Positions 1 to 9,348 of a stretch of 64,000 bases of DNA are shown piece after piece. The notes beneath the pieces are model-generated. The model was not told the DNA's origin, ran no database searches, and was given only the letters and a program-made list of their open reading frames with translations. Source of the DNA: an uncultured Bacillota bacterium (lineage in GTDB: Bacteria; Bacillota; DTU025; MWDF01). The first letter of the stretch is position 1. Each line of letters opens with the position of its first letter. Position numbers and translations under genes: made by a program. The DNA lies in the NCBI GenBank assembly GCA_963823655.1, contig CAWGMK010000013.1, forward strand, positions 96,001 to 160,000, given 5' to 3'.

Positions 1-881
1 TAAGACTAATAAGGATAAAGTCGTGATGATAAGCGTCCAGGGAGCAGTGGCCCCGCCGGTCAGAAGGCTTGACTACAGGGTATCGGCGGCAGGAGAGCCA
101 TTCGTCCTGCCCGGCACCGGAGGGTATTACATACAATGTCCTGGTAGGGGACCCGTGTTTCGGCTGGGCCGGGGATCATGTGGAGCCGGGCGTATCCACT
201 TGCGCTGATACGGAAAAGCGCTCAGAAGGTAAGAACGCCGGGTACAACACATATGCTTGCATAGGAAACACCGCCAGGGTCATTTCCGGCGATGCCAAGG
301 GCGCCGAGGGCTTCGTTGTCGGGCATCATGGTGGCATAGAGCACGTTATGATCGATTTCCCCCAGGATGTCATGGAGAAGATGGTCATAGACGATAAAAT
401 CCTGGTAAAAGGATATGGGCAGGGTCTGGAGCTTACGGATTACCCGAGCGTTATGGCAATGAACCTTGATCCCGGCCTTCTGGACAAGATGGGCATAACA
501 GAGAAGGGCGGGGTTCTAAATGTACCCGTAGCGATGGAGATACCGGCAAAACTGATGGGCTCCGGGCTGGGCATGGGTAACTGCTACAGCGGCGACTACG
601 ACATCACGACTACGGATAAGAAGCTAATAGCCGAGCTTGGCATAGATAAACTGAGATTTGGGGACATAGTCGCGATAACTGACGCGGACAACAGGTTCGG
701 CAGGTCGTATCTGACAGGTGCAGTCAGCATCGGAGTCGTCGTCCATAGCGATTGCCTTATAGCAGGACACGGCCCGGGCGTCGCAACGCTGCTGACGGAC
801 ATAGAAGGCAAGATCAAACCGGTAATCAAGAAAGGCGCGAACGTCGGGGCGTATCTTGGTGCAGGAAGGTACCGCAAGTAA
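1..881 (+). CDS. DUF4438 (TM_1086-like) family protein, 5'-truncated, with +1 frameshift at ~122-124
   Basis: Frame of 23..208 gives KTNKDKVVMISVQG...GEPFVLPGTGG; frame of 69..881 continues ITYNVLVGDPCFGWAGDHVEPGVS...GHGPGV, together matching the DUF4438 pattern as I recall it. Confidence 0.75.
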
Positions 882-896
882 GCGGAGGTGCAATTT

Positions 897-1364
897 ATGA
901 ACAGAAGGAACATTGCGGCCCTGGTATTGGCCATACTAATCGTAGCAGGTGCTGCCGTGGCGTCGACCAAGTTCTTCTATTTGAGCGCGGACTTAAACTC
1001 GGATGTAAGCCTGACAAAGGGCGAACTCGCTGCTTTGCAGCTTACCGCATATTACAACAACACGGGCTCGCTTACTAGCAGGCTTGTAAGGCAGAGCGTA
1101 AGGGCGATTTTGGGGCCCATGTCGCTGGATGTGTTCGTTGACACTTATGCCCAGGAGGGATGGCCTGTGCACAAAGGCGGCACGGAGTTTTCCATATCGG
1201 ATGCCGAAGTCATAATGGCGTATATGGAAGCGGGCGAGGCCGTATTAGGCTGGGTTAACAGGTATTTTCCGGACATAAGCGCCAGGGCGGTGAACGTGGT
1301 ATTTACGATAAAGGGCTTTAAACTGGGAGTCTACCAGCAAGGCAAGTTCATTTTGGAGAAATAG
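897..1364 (+). CDS. Hypothetical exported/membrane-anchored protein
   Basis: GGAGG RBS before ATG 897; N-terminal basic plus hydrophobic segment. Confidence 0.7.
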   Translation: MNRRNIAALVLAILIVAGAAVASTKFFYLSADLNSDVSLTKGELAALQLTAYYNNTGSLTSRLVRQSVRAILGPMSLDVFVDTYAQEGWPVHKGGTEFSISDAEVIMAYMEAGEAVLGWVNRYFPDISARAVNVVFTIKGFKLGVYQQGKFILEK

Positions 1365-1394
1365 GGGAGGCGGGAGAGCCTCCCTTTCTTTTTC
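1364..1394 (+). terminator. Intrinsic terminator
   Basis: gggaggc/gcctccc stem followed by T-rich tract. Confidence 0.65.
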
Positions 1395-1467
1395 TGCAGG
1401 TTTGCAGGAATGAGAAGGCATCTGGATGAATAACAGGCATAAGGGTTAACCCGGGAGGTGACTTGCC

Positions 1468-2241
1468 GTGAGGATGATAGACCTTAACAGCGATGTTGGA
1501 AAATCCTTCGGTGCTTTTACCAAAGGTTGCGACAGAAGCGTTCTTAAATCGGTTACCAGCGCAAATATAGCTTGCGGCTTCCACGCAGGAGATGCCGGAG
1601 TAATGGGCAGGACCATGTCCGTTTGCAGGCAGCTTGGCGTAAGGCCCGGGGCTCACCCCGGATATCCGGACATGCAGGGTTTCGGCAGGCGTGAGATTTC
1701 GGCATCCGCCGACGAGATAGAAGGCTATGTGCTATATCAGCTGGGGGCTTTGGAGGCTTTCGCAAGGGCCGAGGGGATGAAACTCAACCACGTCAAACCA
1801 CATGGCGCCCTGTACAACAGGGCTGCTAAGGACGAGGCTGCGGCCGTAGCAATAGCCAAAGCGGTGAAGTCATTCGACCCCGGTTTGATAATAGTAGGCC
1901 TTGCGAATTCGCTTATGCTGGACATAACTAGAAGCATGGGCCTTCGCGCCGCAGCTGAGGCTTTCGCAGACCGCGCCTATAATCCGGACGGGTCATTGGT
2001 ACCCAGGGTGGTGCCAGGCTCGGTAATCCACGACAGGGAGCAAGTCGTGGCAAGGGCGGTCAGGATGGCTTCCGAGGGCATAGTGCTCGGGGTGGACGGA
2101 CTGCCTATCAAGTTGGAGATAACGACGATTTGCCTGCATGGGGACACTGAAGGCGCAGCTATGCTGGCACATGAGATAAAAGAAGCGATAATTGGCCTCG
2201 GGGTGAAGCTTGCCCCGATGGATTTGGTTCTGGGAGGTTAG
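1468..2241 (+). CDS. pxpA: 5-oxoprolinase subunit A (LamB/YcsF)
   Basis: IDLNSDxG, SANIACGFHAGD, HVKPHGALYN, TICLHGD motifs. Confidence 0.93.
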   Translation: MRMIDLNSDVGKSFGAFTKGCDRSVLKSVTSANIACGFHAGDAGVMGRTMSVCRQLGVRPGAHPGYPDMQGFGRREISASADEIEGYVLYQLGALEAFARAEGMKLNHVKPHGALYNRAAKDEAAAVAIAKAVKSFDPGLIIVGLANSLMLDITRSMGLRAAAEAFADRAYNPDGSLVPRVVPGSVIHDREQVVARAVRMASEGIVLGVDGLPIKLEITTICLHGDTEGAAMLAHEIKEAIIGLGVKLAPMDLVLGG

Positions 2242-2244
2242 GAA

Positions 2245-3048
2245 ATGCAAGATTTCAGGAAAGCCTCACCTGGCGAGGTAAGGCTTGCGGCGCGTAAAGG
2301 CCTGCTTACCGGGCAGACTTCAGGGATGGCGGAAGGCTTTGTGCAGGCAAATCTCGCAATAATACCAGGAAAACTTGCCTATGACTTCCTGCTGTTCTGC
2401 GTAAGAAACCCGAAATCCTGTCCTTTGATCGAAGTAGGAAGCAAAGGTGATTACCTGACCAAGTTCATCGCCGATGGGGCCGACATAAGAACGGACATTC
2501 CAGGATACAGGGTTTATAGGAACGGCGTGCTCTCTGAAGAGCCTAACGATCTGCTAAATCTATGGCAGGAGGACTTCGTATATTTTCTTATCGGCTGCAG
2601 CTTCTCCTTCGAAAGGAGGCTGCTTCAGGGCGGCGTTCCCGTCAGGCATATAGAGCTTGGAAGCAATGTGCCCATGTATATCACGAACATTCAAAGCAGG
2701 CCTGCCGGGATCTTTCATGGCCCAATGGTGGTGAGCATGCGCCCCATTCCCGGAAGGCTGGTGCCTCGCGCAGTAGAGATAACCTCCAGGCTTCCTTCGG
2801 TCCACGGCTCGCCGGTGCATATAGGAGATCCATCTGCAATTGGCATCATGGACCTTTCAAAGACCGACTTCGGAGAGCCGGTCCCAGTGCTTCCGGGCGA
2901 GGTCCCCGTTTTCTGGGCGTGCGGGGTGACGCCCCAGGCGGCAGCGCTGGCAACGAAGCCGGAGATCATGATTACCCACAGCCCCGGCCATATGTTCGTG
3001 GGGGATATTAAAGACGACAGGATACAGGAGTTCATATACGGGGCTTAG
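2245..3048 (+). CDS. ycsI: DUF1445/YcsI putative hydro-lyase (D-glutamate cyclase-like)
   Basis: RNPKSCPL, IGCSFSFE, HGSPVHIG, FWACGVTPQ, THSPGHM. Confidence 0.88.
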   Translation: MQDFRKASPGEVRLAARKGLLTGQTSGMAEGFVQANLAIIPGKLAYDFLLFCVRNPKSCPLIEVGSKGDYLTKFIADGADIRTDIPGYRVYRNGVLSEEPNDLLNLWQEDFVYFLIGCSFSFERRLLQGGVPVRHIELGSNVPMYITNIQSRPAGIFHGPMVVSMRPIPGRLVPRAVEITSRLPSVHGSPVHIGDPSAIGIMDLSKTDFGEPVPVLPGEVPVFWACGVTPQAAALATKPEIMITHSPGHMFVGDIKDDRIQEFIYGA

Positions 3049-3058
3049 GAGCGGACAA

Positions 3059-3790
3059 TTGGAATACAACCTTGTAACCCATTCCTCCGATAATTCGATA
3101 GTGATTAGGTTCCAGGAGGAGATCAGCCCTGAGATAGCCGCCAAAGTCAGGCAGACGGCCCAAGCTTTAAGGGGGGCCGGCCTGGACTGGATTTCGGATA
3201 TCGTGCCTTCATATTGCGAGATTATGGTCAATTACGACGCAAGGCGTGTTGCTCCGGCCGCAGCCCTTGCAGAGCTGAAGGCCGTAGTTGATAATGCCGC
3301 ATCATCAGGGGCATCGAAAGCACGCCTTGTGAGGATACCGGTCTGCTACGGCGGGGAATTCGGGCCTGATATGGGCTTCGTGGCGGAATATACGGGGATT
3401 TCAGAGGACGAGCTGATACAAATACACTCGGCGCCGAGGTACTTGACCTACATGATAGGCTTTACCATAGGTTTTCCGTATCTTGGCGGCATGGATGCCA
3501 GGCTGGCAGTCCCAAGGCTTGAGGTCCCCAGGCAGAAAGTGCCCGCGGGTTCGGTAGGGATAGCCGGCAAACAGACGGGCATTTACTCGCTCGATTCGCC
3601 GGGCGGTTGGCAGATAATCGGCAGGAGCCCAATTAAGCTGGTGGACATTACGAAAATGCCCCCGGCGGTGCTCTCAGCGGGGGACTACCTGCAATTCTAC
3701 CCGATCGACAAGGCCGAATTCCAAAGAATCCTGGCCCTTTCCGAGCAACGGGCTTACGCTCTTGAATCCTCAGATTGCGAGGGCCTCTAG
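3059..3790 (+). CDS. pxpB: 5-oxoprolinase subunit B (KipI)
   Basis: IPVCYGGEFGPD, GFPYLGG, VPAGSVGIAG, SPGGWQIIG. Confidence 0.92.
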   Translation: MEYNLVTHSSDNSIVIRFQEEISPEIAAKVRQTAQALRGAGLDWISDIVPSYCEIMVNYDARRVAPAAALAELKAVVDNAASSGASKARLVRIPVCYGGEFGPDMGFVAEYTGISEDELIQIHSAPRYLTYMIGFTIGFPYLGGMDARLAVPRLEVPRQKVPAGSVGIAGKQTGIYSLDSPGGWQIIGRSPIKLVDITKMPPAVLSAGDYLQFYPIDKAEFQRILALSEQRAYALESSDCEGL

Positions 3791-3791
3791 A

Positions 3792-4826
3792 ATGGGCAGC
3801 GAAGCGATGAGAATCCTGAAGCCCGGGCCGCTTTGTACAGTGCAGGATCTTGGCAGGAAGGGCTCGATGGCCTGGGGGGTGCCCGAATCGGGGGCGGCGG
3901 ATGAATGCTCGCTGCGCATCGCCAACCTGCTATGTGGCAATGGACCGAAAGAAGCCGGCCTGGAATGCACCATGGGAGGATTTGAGGCTGAGTTTTCGGC
4001 AGAAATCGTCTTCGCTATATCGGGCGCACCTGCGAGCGTGATTCTAAACGGGGCGGAAATTCGTTTGAACACTGCTTATAGGGCAGGCGCCGGAGCGATT
4101 TTATCCATAGGTGCGCCCAGGGCAGGCGCCAGGGATTATATTGCCCTTCAGGGGGGAATCGACGTACCCGAAGTGCTCGGCTCAAGGTCCACTTATCTGA
4201 AGGCCGGGCTTGGAGGGTATGAGGGAAGGGCGCTTCGTTCAGGCGATGTTTTAATGACGAAGAACATTACCCGGCCTGCTGTGATCCTGGCCTGCAAGGA
4301 AGGTTACCTTTCACCGTCGATGGAGAGAGAAGAGCACGGTATATGCCTTCTGAGGGTGCTTCGAGGGACTATGGATGAGAAGTTCGAAGAAGGCGCCATC
4401 GAGGGGTTGGCCAGTGCCATCTATCAGGTGTCTTCCAATTGCGACAGGATGGGCATCCGCCTCACGGGACCCAAAGTGGCGCATAAAGACCGCGCAGACA
4501 TAATCTCAGGCGGAATCGAATCTGGGGCGGTTCAGGTGCCGGGCTCGGGCGAGCCGATAATACTGATGGCTGACAGGCAGACAACCGGAGGATACACCAA
4601 GGCTTTCTCAGTAATCTCAGCGGACAGGCCGAAGCTGGGCCAGCTGAGGCCCGGGGATAAGGTAGCCTTCAGGATTGTTGGCATAGAAGAAGCGGTAGAA
4701 GCTTTAAAGAAGCTGGATAGATCGATTTCCGAATGCCTTTCGGCGAGTGCCGACCGGAAGTCCAGGTCCTTTGCCATTACTTTGAATGGCGCAAGGTATT
4801 TGGCCGAAGTGGAGGAGATCATATGA
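3792..4826 (+). CDS. pxpC: 5-oxoprolinase subunit C (KipA)
   Basis: TVQDLGR, LGSRST, DRMGIRL, ADRQTTGGY. Confidence 0.92.
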   Translation: MGSEAMRILKPGPLCTVQDLGRKGSMAWGVPESGAADECSLRIANLLCGNGPKEAGLECTMGGFEAEFSAEIVFAISGAPASVILNGAEIRLNTAYRAGAGAILSIGAPRAGARDYIALQGGIDVPEVLGSRSTYLKAGLGGYEGRALRSGDVLMTKNITRPAVILACKEGYLSPSMEREEHGICLLRVLRGTMDEKFEEGAIEGLASAIYQVSSNCDRMGIRLTGPKVAHKDRADIISGGIESGAVQVPGSGEPIILMADRQTTGGYTKAFSVISADRPKLGQLRPGDKVAFRIVGIEEAVEALKKLDRSISECLSASADRKSRSFAITLNGARYLAEVEEII

Positions 4827-5572
4827 GCATCCTTGAGACAACTGGCAAGATGATGATCTACGCACACAGGGGCGCGAGCGGTGCGGCGCCCGAGAATACC
4901 TTGGCGGCTTTCGAACAGGCGGTAGAGAAGGGCGCCGACGGGATCGAGCTTGATGTACACCTGAGCGCCGACGGGAAAGTCATAGTAATACACGATGCGA
5001 GGATAGACAGGACTTCAAACGGGACCGGCGAAGTCGCCTATATGAACTACTCGGAGCTATTAAAGTACGATATGGCGGCCAAGTGGAAGGGAAGCAGATG
5101 GGAACCTCAAAGGATACCCCTGTTAGACGAGGTTATTGACGTCTCCCTCTCATCCGGATTACTGCTGAATATTGAGCTTAAGGGGGGCAAAGCAAGCCCC
5201 AACCTTGCTGAAGAGACGATAAAGATAATAAGAGGAAGAGGGATAGAAGACAGGGTGATCCTTTCTTCATTCGATATCGATCAGCTCAGAAGGGCAAGGC
5301 TGGCGCTTCCGACCTCAAGGAGGGCACTTATATCATTCTTCCCGCCGCAGCCATCCCTAGGCGTTGCGGAGGACCTGTGGGGGTGCCATCCCAATCACTC
5401 ACTGACTACGAAGGCGTCTATCAACAGATGGCAATCATCAAACATGCACGTCCAACTTTGGACCGTAAACAGCAAAGATGCGATCCTAAGGGCACTCAGG
5501 CTGGGCGTAGACGGGATTATCACTAACCACCCGGCCCTTGCCGTGACAATCAGGCAGGGCAAGATAAAGTAG
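4823..5572 (+). CDS. Glycerophosphodiester phosphodiesterase family
   Basis: AHRGAS..PENTLAAF, IELDVH, NIELK, WTVN, DGIITN; ATGA overlap with pxpC. Confidence 0.9.
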   Translation: MSILETTGKMMIYAHRGASGAAPENTLAAFEQAVEKGADGIELDVHLSADGKVIVIHDARIDRTSNGTGEVAYMNYSELLKYDMAAKWKGSRWEPQRIPLLDEVIDVSLSSGLLLNIELKGGKASPNLAEETIKIIRGRGIEDRVILSSFDIDQLRRARLALPTSRRALISFFPPQPSLGVAEDLWGCHPNHSLTTKASINRWQSSNMHVQLWTVNSKDAILRALRLGVDGIITNHPALAVTIRQGKIK

Positions 5573-5595
5573 AAGAAGGAAAGCGGGGCGTCGTT

Positions 5596-6816
5596 ATGAA
5601 GATCGATTACAAGAGGCTGCTGCTACTAGGGCTCGGTTTCATGTCAATTTCGCTGTCATGGGCCGTATACAATGCCTTCGTGCCCATTTTCCTGGATGAG
5701 GCGCTGCCGGCCATGGCATTCAAGGGCCTGGCCATAGGCTTCATAATGACGCTCGATAATATCGCAAGCATAACCTTGCAGCCATTCTTCTCAGCAAGGT
5801 CGGATTCCACTTGGAACAACTATGGCAGGAGGCTGCCTTACCTGCTAATCGGAATGCCCATTGCGGCAGTCGCCATTACGATCATTCCGATATTCAGGGA
5901 CAACCTCGGCATAATGATCACATCCATACTAGCCATGAATATCTCGATGGCCGTATTCAGGGCCCCGACCGTGGCCTTGATGCCCGACATAACCCCGGTG
6001 GAGCAGAGGTCGAAGGCAAACGGGGTCATAAACCTAATGGGGGGCCTCGGAGGGATCATCGCCTATTTCGTAGGCTCGCGCCTGTACGACATCCACCCTG
6101 TAGTGCCGTTCGCAATGGCGGGTATTGTCATGCTCCTTGTGCTCATCATACTCAAGGCATTCATCAGGGAGCCTGAGAAGGCCGAAGGAAAGACGGGCGA
6201 TGAGAAGCCTGTTAGCATCTTCGAAGCGCTCAAAGAGGCTCTGAGCCCCGAAAGAAGGAGCCTCCTGTTCCTGCTGCTTTCGATAATGTTCTGGTTCATG
6301 GGCTGGAACACCCTTGAGACTTTCTTCACGCTTTACGCGAAGAGCATCTGGCAGATAAAGAAATCAACTGCGGCGCTGTATCTGGGCATCGGCAACATCG
6401 CTTTCCTGCTGTTTGCCATACCCTCCGGTTTCTTAGGAAGCCGCTTCGGCAAGAAGGCCATAATCATGGCGGGGATAATCTGGCTTACTTGCGTAATGAC
6501 TATCATGACGCTGATAAGCTACATAGGAAAAACCGGCCTAGGCCCTGCCGTAATGGCGCTTATGATAGCTGCCGGCATAGGATGGGCGCTGATCAACATC
6601 CACTCATTCCCGATGGTCGTAGGCATGACAACAGCCGCAAGGACCGGGGCTTATACCGGCTTGTACTATTTCTTCTCGGCGACTGCCATGATTGTAGCGC
6701 CGCCGCTTTTCGGGCTGATAAGGGACATCGTCGGCAACATGTATCCGTTGTTCCCGTTCTCCGCGGTTTTCTTCCTTCTGGCCCTTTGGAGCTTCTCCAA
6801 AGTGAATGCCCAATAA
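5596..6816 (+). CDS. MFS sugar transporter (SLC45/maltose-sucrose-like)
   Basis: About 12 hydrophobic segments; SDSTW..YGRRLPYL; ALMPDITP..RSKANG. Confidence 0.85.
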   Translation: MKIDYKRLLLLGLGFMSISLSWAVYNAFVPIFLDEALPAMAFKGLAIGFIMTLDNIASITLQPFFSARSDSTWNNYGRRLPYLLIGMPIAAVAITIIPIFRDNLGIMITSILAMNISMAVFRAPTVALMPDITPVEQRSKANGVINLMGGLGGIIAYFVGSRLYDIHPVVPFAMAGIVMLLVLIILKAFIREPEKAEGKTGDEKPVSIFEALKEALSPERRSLLFLLLSIMFWFMGWNTLETFFTLYAKSIWQIKKSTAALYLGIGNIAFLLFAIPSGFLGSRFGKKAIIMAGIIWLTCVMTIMTLISYIGKTGLGPAVMALMIAAGIGWALINIHSFPMVVGMTTAARTGAYTGLYYFFSATAMIVAPPLFGLIRDIVGNMYPLFPFSAVFFLLALWSFSKVNAQ

Positions 6817-6855
6817 TGTATACTTATTAAGGCAAATAAATATGGGGTGGTGCAC

Positions 6856-7917
6856 ATGAAGCTTTATATTTCTCTTCTGGGCTTCGGGAAAGTAGGAAGG
6901 CAATTTGTGAAGCTGGTCAGATCCAAGGAGAAGGATATCCTCAACTGGCACGGCATAGAGGCGCAGTTCGTTGCCGTATCATCCTCAAGGGGCTTCGTCG
7001 CGGACCCGACGGGACTCGACGTGGACCTTCTTGCAGGGATGGCGATCAGGGAGGAGAATCTTGCGGAGCACCCTCACTTCACGCCTTTTGATTCTAAGAA
7101 CCGTATAGACGGCCTTCTTCCCGAGGTTTCCAGCAAGGACTGCGTAAAGATCCTGGTTGCTGCCGCATCCTCGGATTTCGCCACCGGCGAGCCGACCCTG
7201 TCGGTCATGAAAGCTGCGATTTCAAGAGGATGGCACATTGCCAGCATGGAGAAGGCGCCGCTTGTTGTCGCATTCGATGAGCTAACGGAGATGGCGAAGA
7301 AGTTCGGAGTGAAGATAAGGTATTCGGGAGCAACAGCTGCCGGCCTGCCGGCAATAGATATTGCGAAGATTTCCCTGGCAGGTGCAAAGGTGCTATCCAT
7401 AGAGGGCATACTGAACGCGACTACGAATTACGTCCTGACTTTGATGAGCGAGGATGGCGTGTCCTATGAGGAGGCCCTTTCGATGGCCCGCGCTCATGGC
7501 TATGCCGAACCCGATCCGACACGGGATGTTACTGGAATTGATACCGCCTGCAAGATCCTGCTAATTGCCAACGCGGCAATGGGATGCAGGAAGAAGTTGT
7601 CGGACGTAAAGATTACGGGCATCACCCACATAACGCCCCGGGATGTGGCGAGCTGGGCTGTGGAGCAGAGGACGCTCAAGATGATCGGCAAAGCCTGGCG
7701 CGAGGATGACGACGTGAAAATCGAAGTCTCGCCGATGGCAGTGCCGTATTACGACCTGTTTGCCAAGGTTAACGGAAGTGGCAAGGCGGTCAGGTTCGTC
7801 ACCGACCTTTTCGGAGAGCTCGTGATGACCGTGCAGGAGGGCGGACCCGTGGCTGCGGCCGGGTCGGGCTTCAAGGATGTGCTCAACATCTTCAGGGGGC
7901 TGCAGGGAAGGATTTAG
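6856..7917 (+). CDS. hom: Homoserine dehydrogenase (no ACT domain)
   Basis: GFGKVG Rossmann motif, GILNATTNY, GYAEPDPTRDVTGIDTACK. Confidence 0.8.
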   Translation: MKLYISLLGFGKVGRQFVKLVRSKEKDILNWHGIEAQFVAVSSSRGFVADPTGLDVDLLAGMAIREENLAEHPHFTPFDSKNRIDGLLPEVSSKDCVKILVAAASSDFATGEPTLSVMKAAISRGWHIASMEKAPLVVAFDELTEMAKKFGVKIRYSGATAAGLPAIDIAKISLAGAKVLSIEGILNATTNYVLTLMSEDGVSYEEALSMARAHGYAEPDPTRDVTGIDTACKILLIANAAMGCRKKLSDVKITGITHITPRDVASWAVEQRTLKMIGKAWREDDDVKIEVSPMAVPYYDLFAKVNGSGKAVRFVTDLFGELVMTVQEGGPVAAAGSGFKDVLNIFRGLQGRI

Positions 7918-7928
7918 CGGAGGTAATC

Positions 7929-8963
7929 ATGTCTAACAATGAGGCCAGGCAGTTCGTAAACAGCCTTAAGGAAAACGATGTAGTAAGCGGAGTATACCAG
8001 GTAATCGACGCCAGAGTTATTAAGAACTACCTGGATCTTAGGCTTGGCGATAAAACGGGCAGCATCCCCATGAAAGTTTGGGATTGGCGCGATAACGACG
8101 ATGAATTGGGCTTCCTTGCCGTAAAAGGTGAGAAGGTCAGGCTTAACGGCGTAAAAGTCGAGATTTTCGACGGAAGGGTGCTGCAATTTGCGGCTGCCAG
8201 GCTTTCTGACATCAAAAGGAACCGGCTAGTTTCTCCGGTCCTTCCGGATTCTTACAACGAGGACGATTTCATCGCAAGTTCCGACCGCAGCGTGGATGAG
8301 CTGCTCAGCGAGATGAAATCCCTGATAAAAAGCGTCAGCAATGATCACTACAGGAAGCTGCTGGAGCACTTCCTGACCGACGCCGGGCAGATGAGCGCGC
8401 AGTTCGCCGTGTGGCCTGCTGCCGTCGGCCAGCATCACGCCTATAAGGGGGGGCTTATCGAGCATTCCGTTAATGTGGCCAAGCTGTGCAACTTCCTCGC
8501 ATCCAATTACAGGCACATGAACAGGGATCTGATAATAACAGGCGCGCTTTTGCACGATATCGGCAAGCTGAAGTCCTACGACAGCGCGGTCAACGGCACA
8601 AGGCCCGAGGTGTCCCTGGATGGCACGTTCATGGACCACATCGCTCTAGGAAGCACTATGATTGAGGCGGCTATTTCCGAGCTTGAAGCCGATGAGGGGA
8701 TCTTCGGCACCGGTAAGTGGGAACCAATGGAGAAGAGGCTTCTCATACACCTGGTCCTGTCGCATCACGGGGAGCTTGAGTGGGGCTCGCCGGTAAGGCC
8801 GGTAGTGATGGAAGCCCAGCTGCTGCACTTTGCCGACAACACGGATGCTTGGGCCAACCGCTTCGAAAGGTTGCTGGAGTATGCATCCGACGGCGAGCGG
8901 GGGGCCATGAAAAGGCCGGATAATATAGACAGGTTCGTGTACATTCCTTTGAATAAAGACTAG
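7929..8963 (+). CDS. yhaM: 3'-5' exoribonuclease YhaM family (OB + HD)
   Basis: DKTGSI, PAA..HHAYKGGLIEH, LLHDIGK, SHHGELEWGSP, HFADN. Confidence 0.88.
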   Translation: MSNNEARQFVNSLKENDVVSGVYQVIDARVIKNYLDLRLGDKTGSIPMKVWDWRDNDDELGFLAVKGEKVRLNGVKVEIFDGRVLQFAAARLSDIKRNRLVSPVLPDSYNEDDFIASSDRSVDELLSEMKSLIKSVSNDHYRKLLEHFLTDAGQMSAQFAVWPAAVGQHHAYKGGLIEHSVNVAKLCNFLASNYRHMNRDLIITGALLHDIGKLKSYDSAVNGTRPEVSLDGTFMDHIALGSTMIEAAISELEADEGIFGTGKWEPMEKRLLIHLVLSHHGELEWGSPVRPVVMEAQLLHFADNTDAWANRFERLLEYASDGERGAMKRPDNIDRFVYIPLNKD

Positions 8964-8982
8964 GAAAGTACTAAATTGCGAA

Positions 8983-9019
8983 GAGGGGCTTCACAAAGAA
9001 GCCCCTCTCGTCGTATAAT
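8983..9019 (+). promoter_or_regulatory. Hairpin after yhaM overlapping a sigma-A-like promoter
   Basis: gaggggcttc/gaagcccctc inverted repeat; TTCACA(8990)-18 nt-TATAAT(9014). Confidence 0.5.
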
Positions 9020-9032
9020 TACACATCAACGT

Positions 9033-9325
9033 CATGGAGGTAGCAGAAATCCATACTGCCAACCATACATCAGGAATACACTTCTTGAAGGCAAAGTCCT
9101 ATTACAGGGCGCTTGCCATTTCCTCCATGTCTTCCAAACTCGAACTCAACCGAATGTGTATGCGCGGCTGATGTCCCTCGTCAAAGAACGCATCATTTGA
9201 TGCGTCGGGGCCGGCAAGGGGGCATCAGTGCAAAGCCGGGTTTTAACGGCAAGCGTTGCAATTCCTGGGCAGTAAGCCGCAGGTTGGTCGCATGCTTGGA
9301 CGGATGATTCCTGCCGGCCATACAC
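9033..9325 (+). ncRNA. Candidate structured cis-regulatory leader upstream of metNIQ (unassigned family)
   Basis: Two multibranch domains closed by catggagg/cctccatg and gtgtatg/catacac; G-U pairs favour the + strand. Confidence 0.45.
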
Positions 9326-9348
9326 TTTTATACGGATGGTGATTAAAG

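Noticed and set aside
9030-9330. SAM-I S-box, T-box, lysine or cobalamin riboswitch, raiA motif, 6S RNA, or tRNA
   Set aside because: Core consensus elements (AUCxAGAG/GCAACC, GGUGGUACC, AGAGGUGC, GGGAA..GCAACUG, TTC loop/CCA) are absent or only fragmentary by eye
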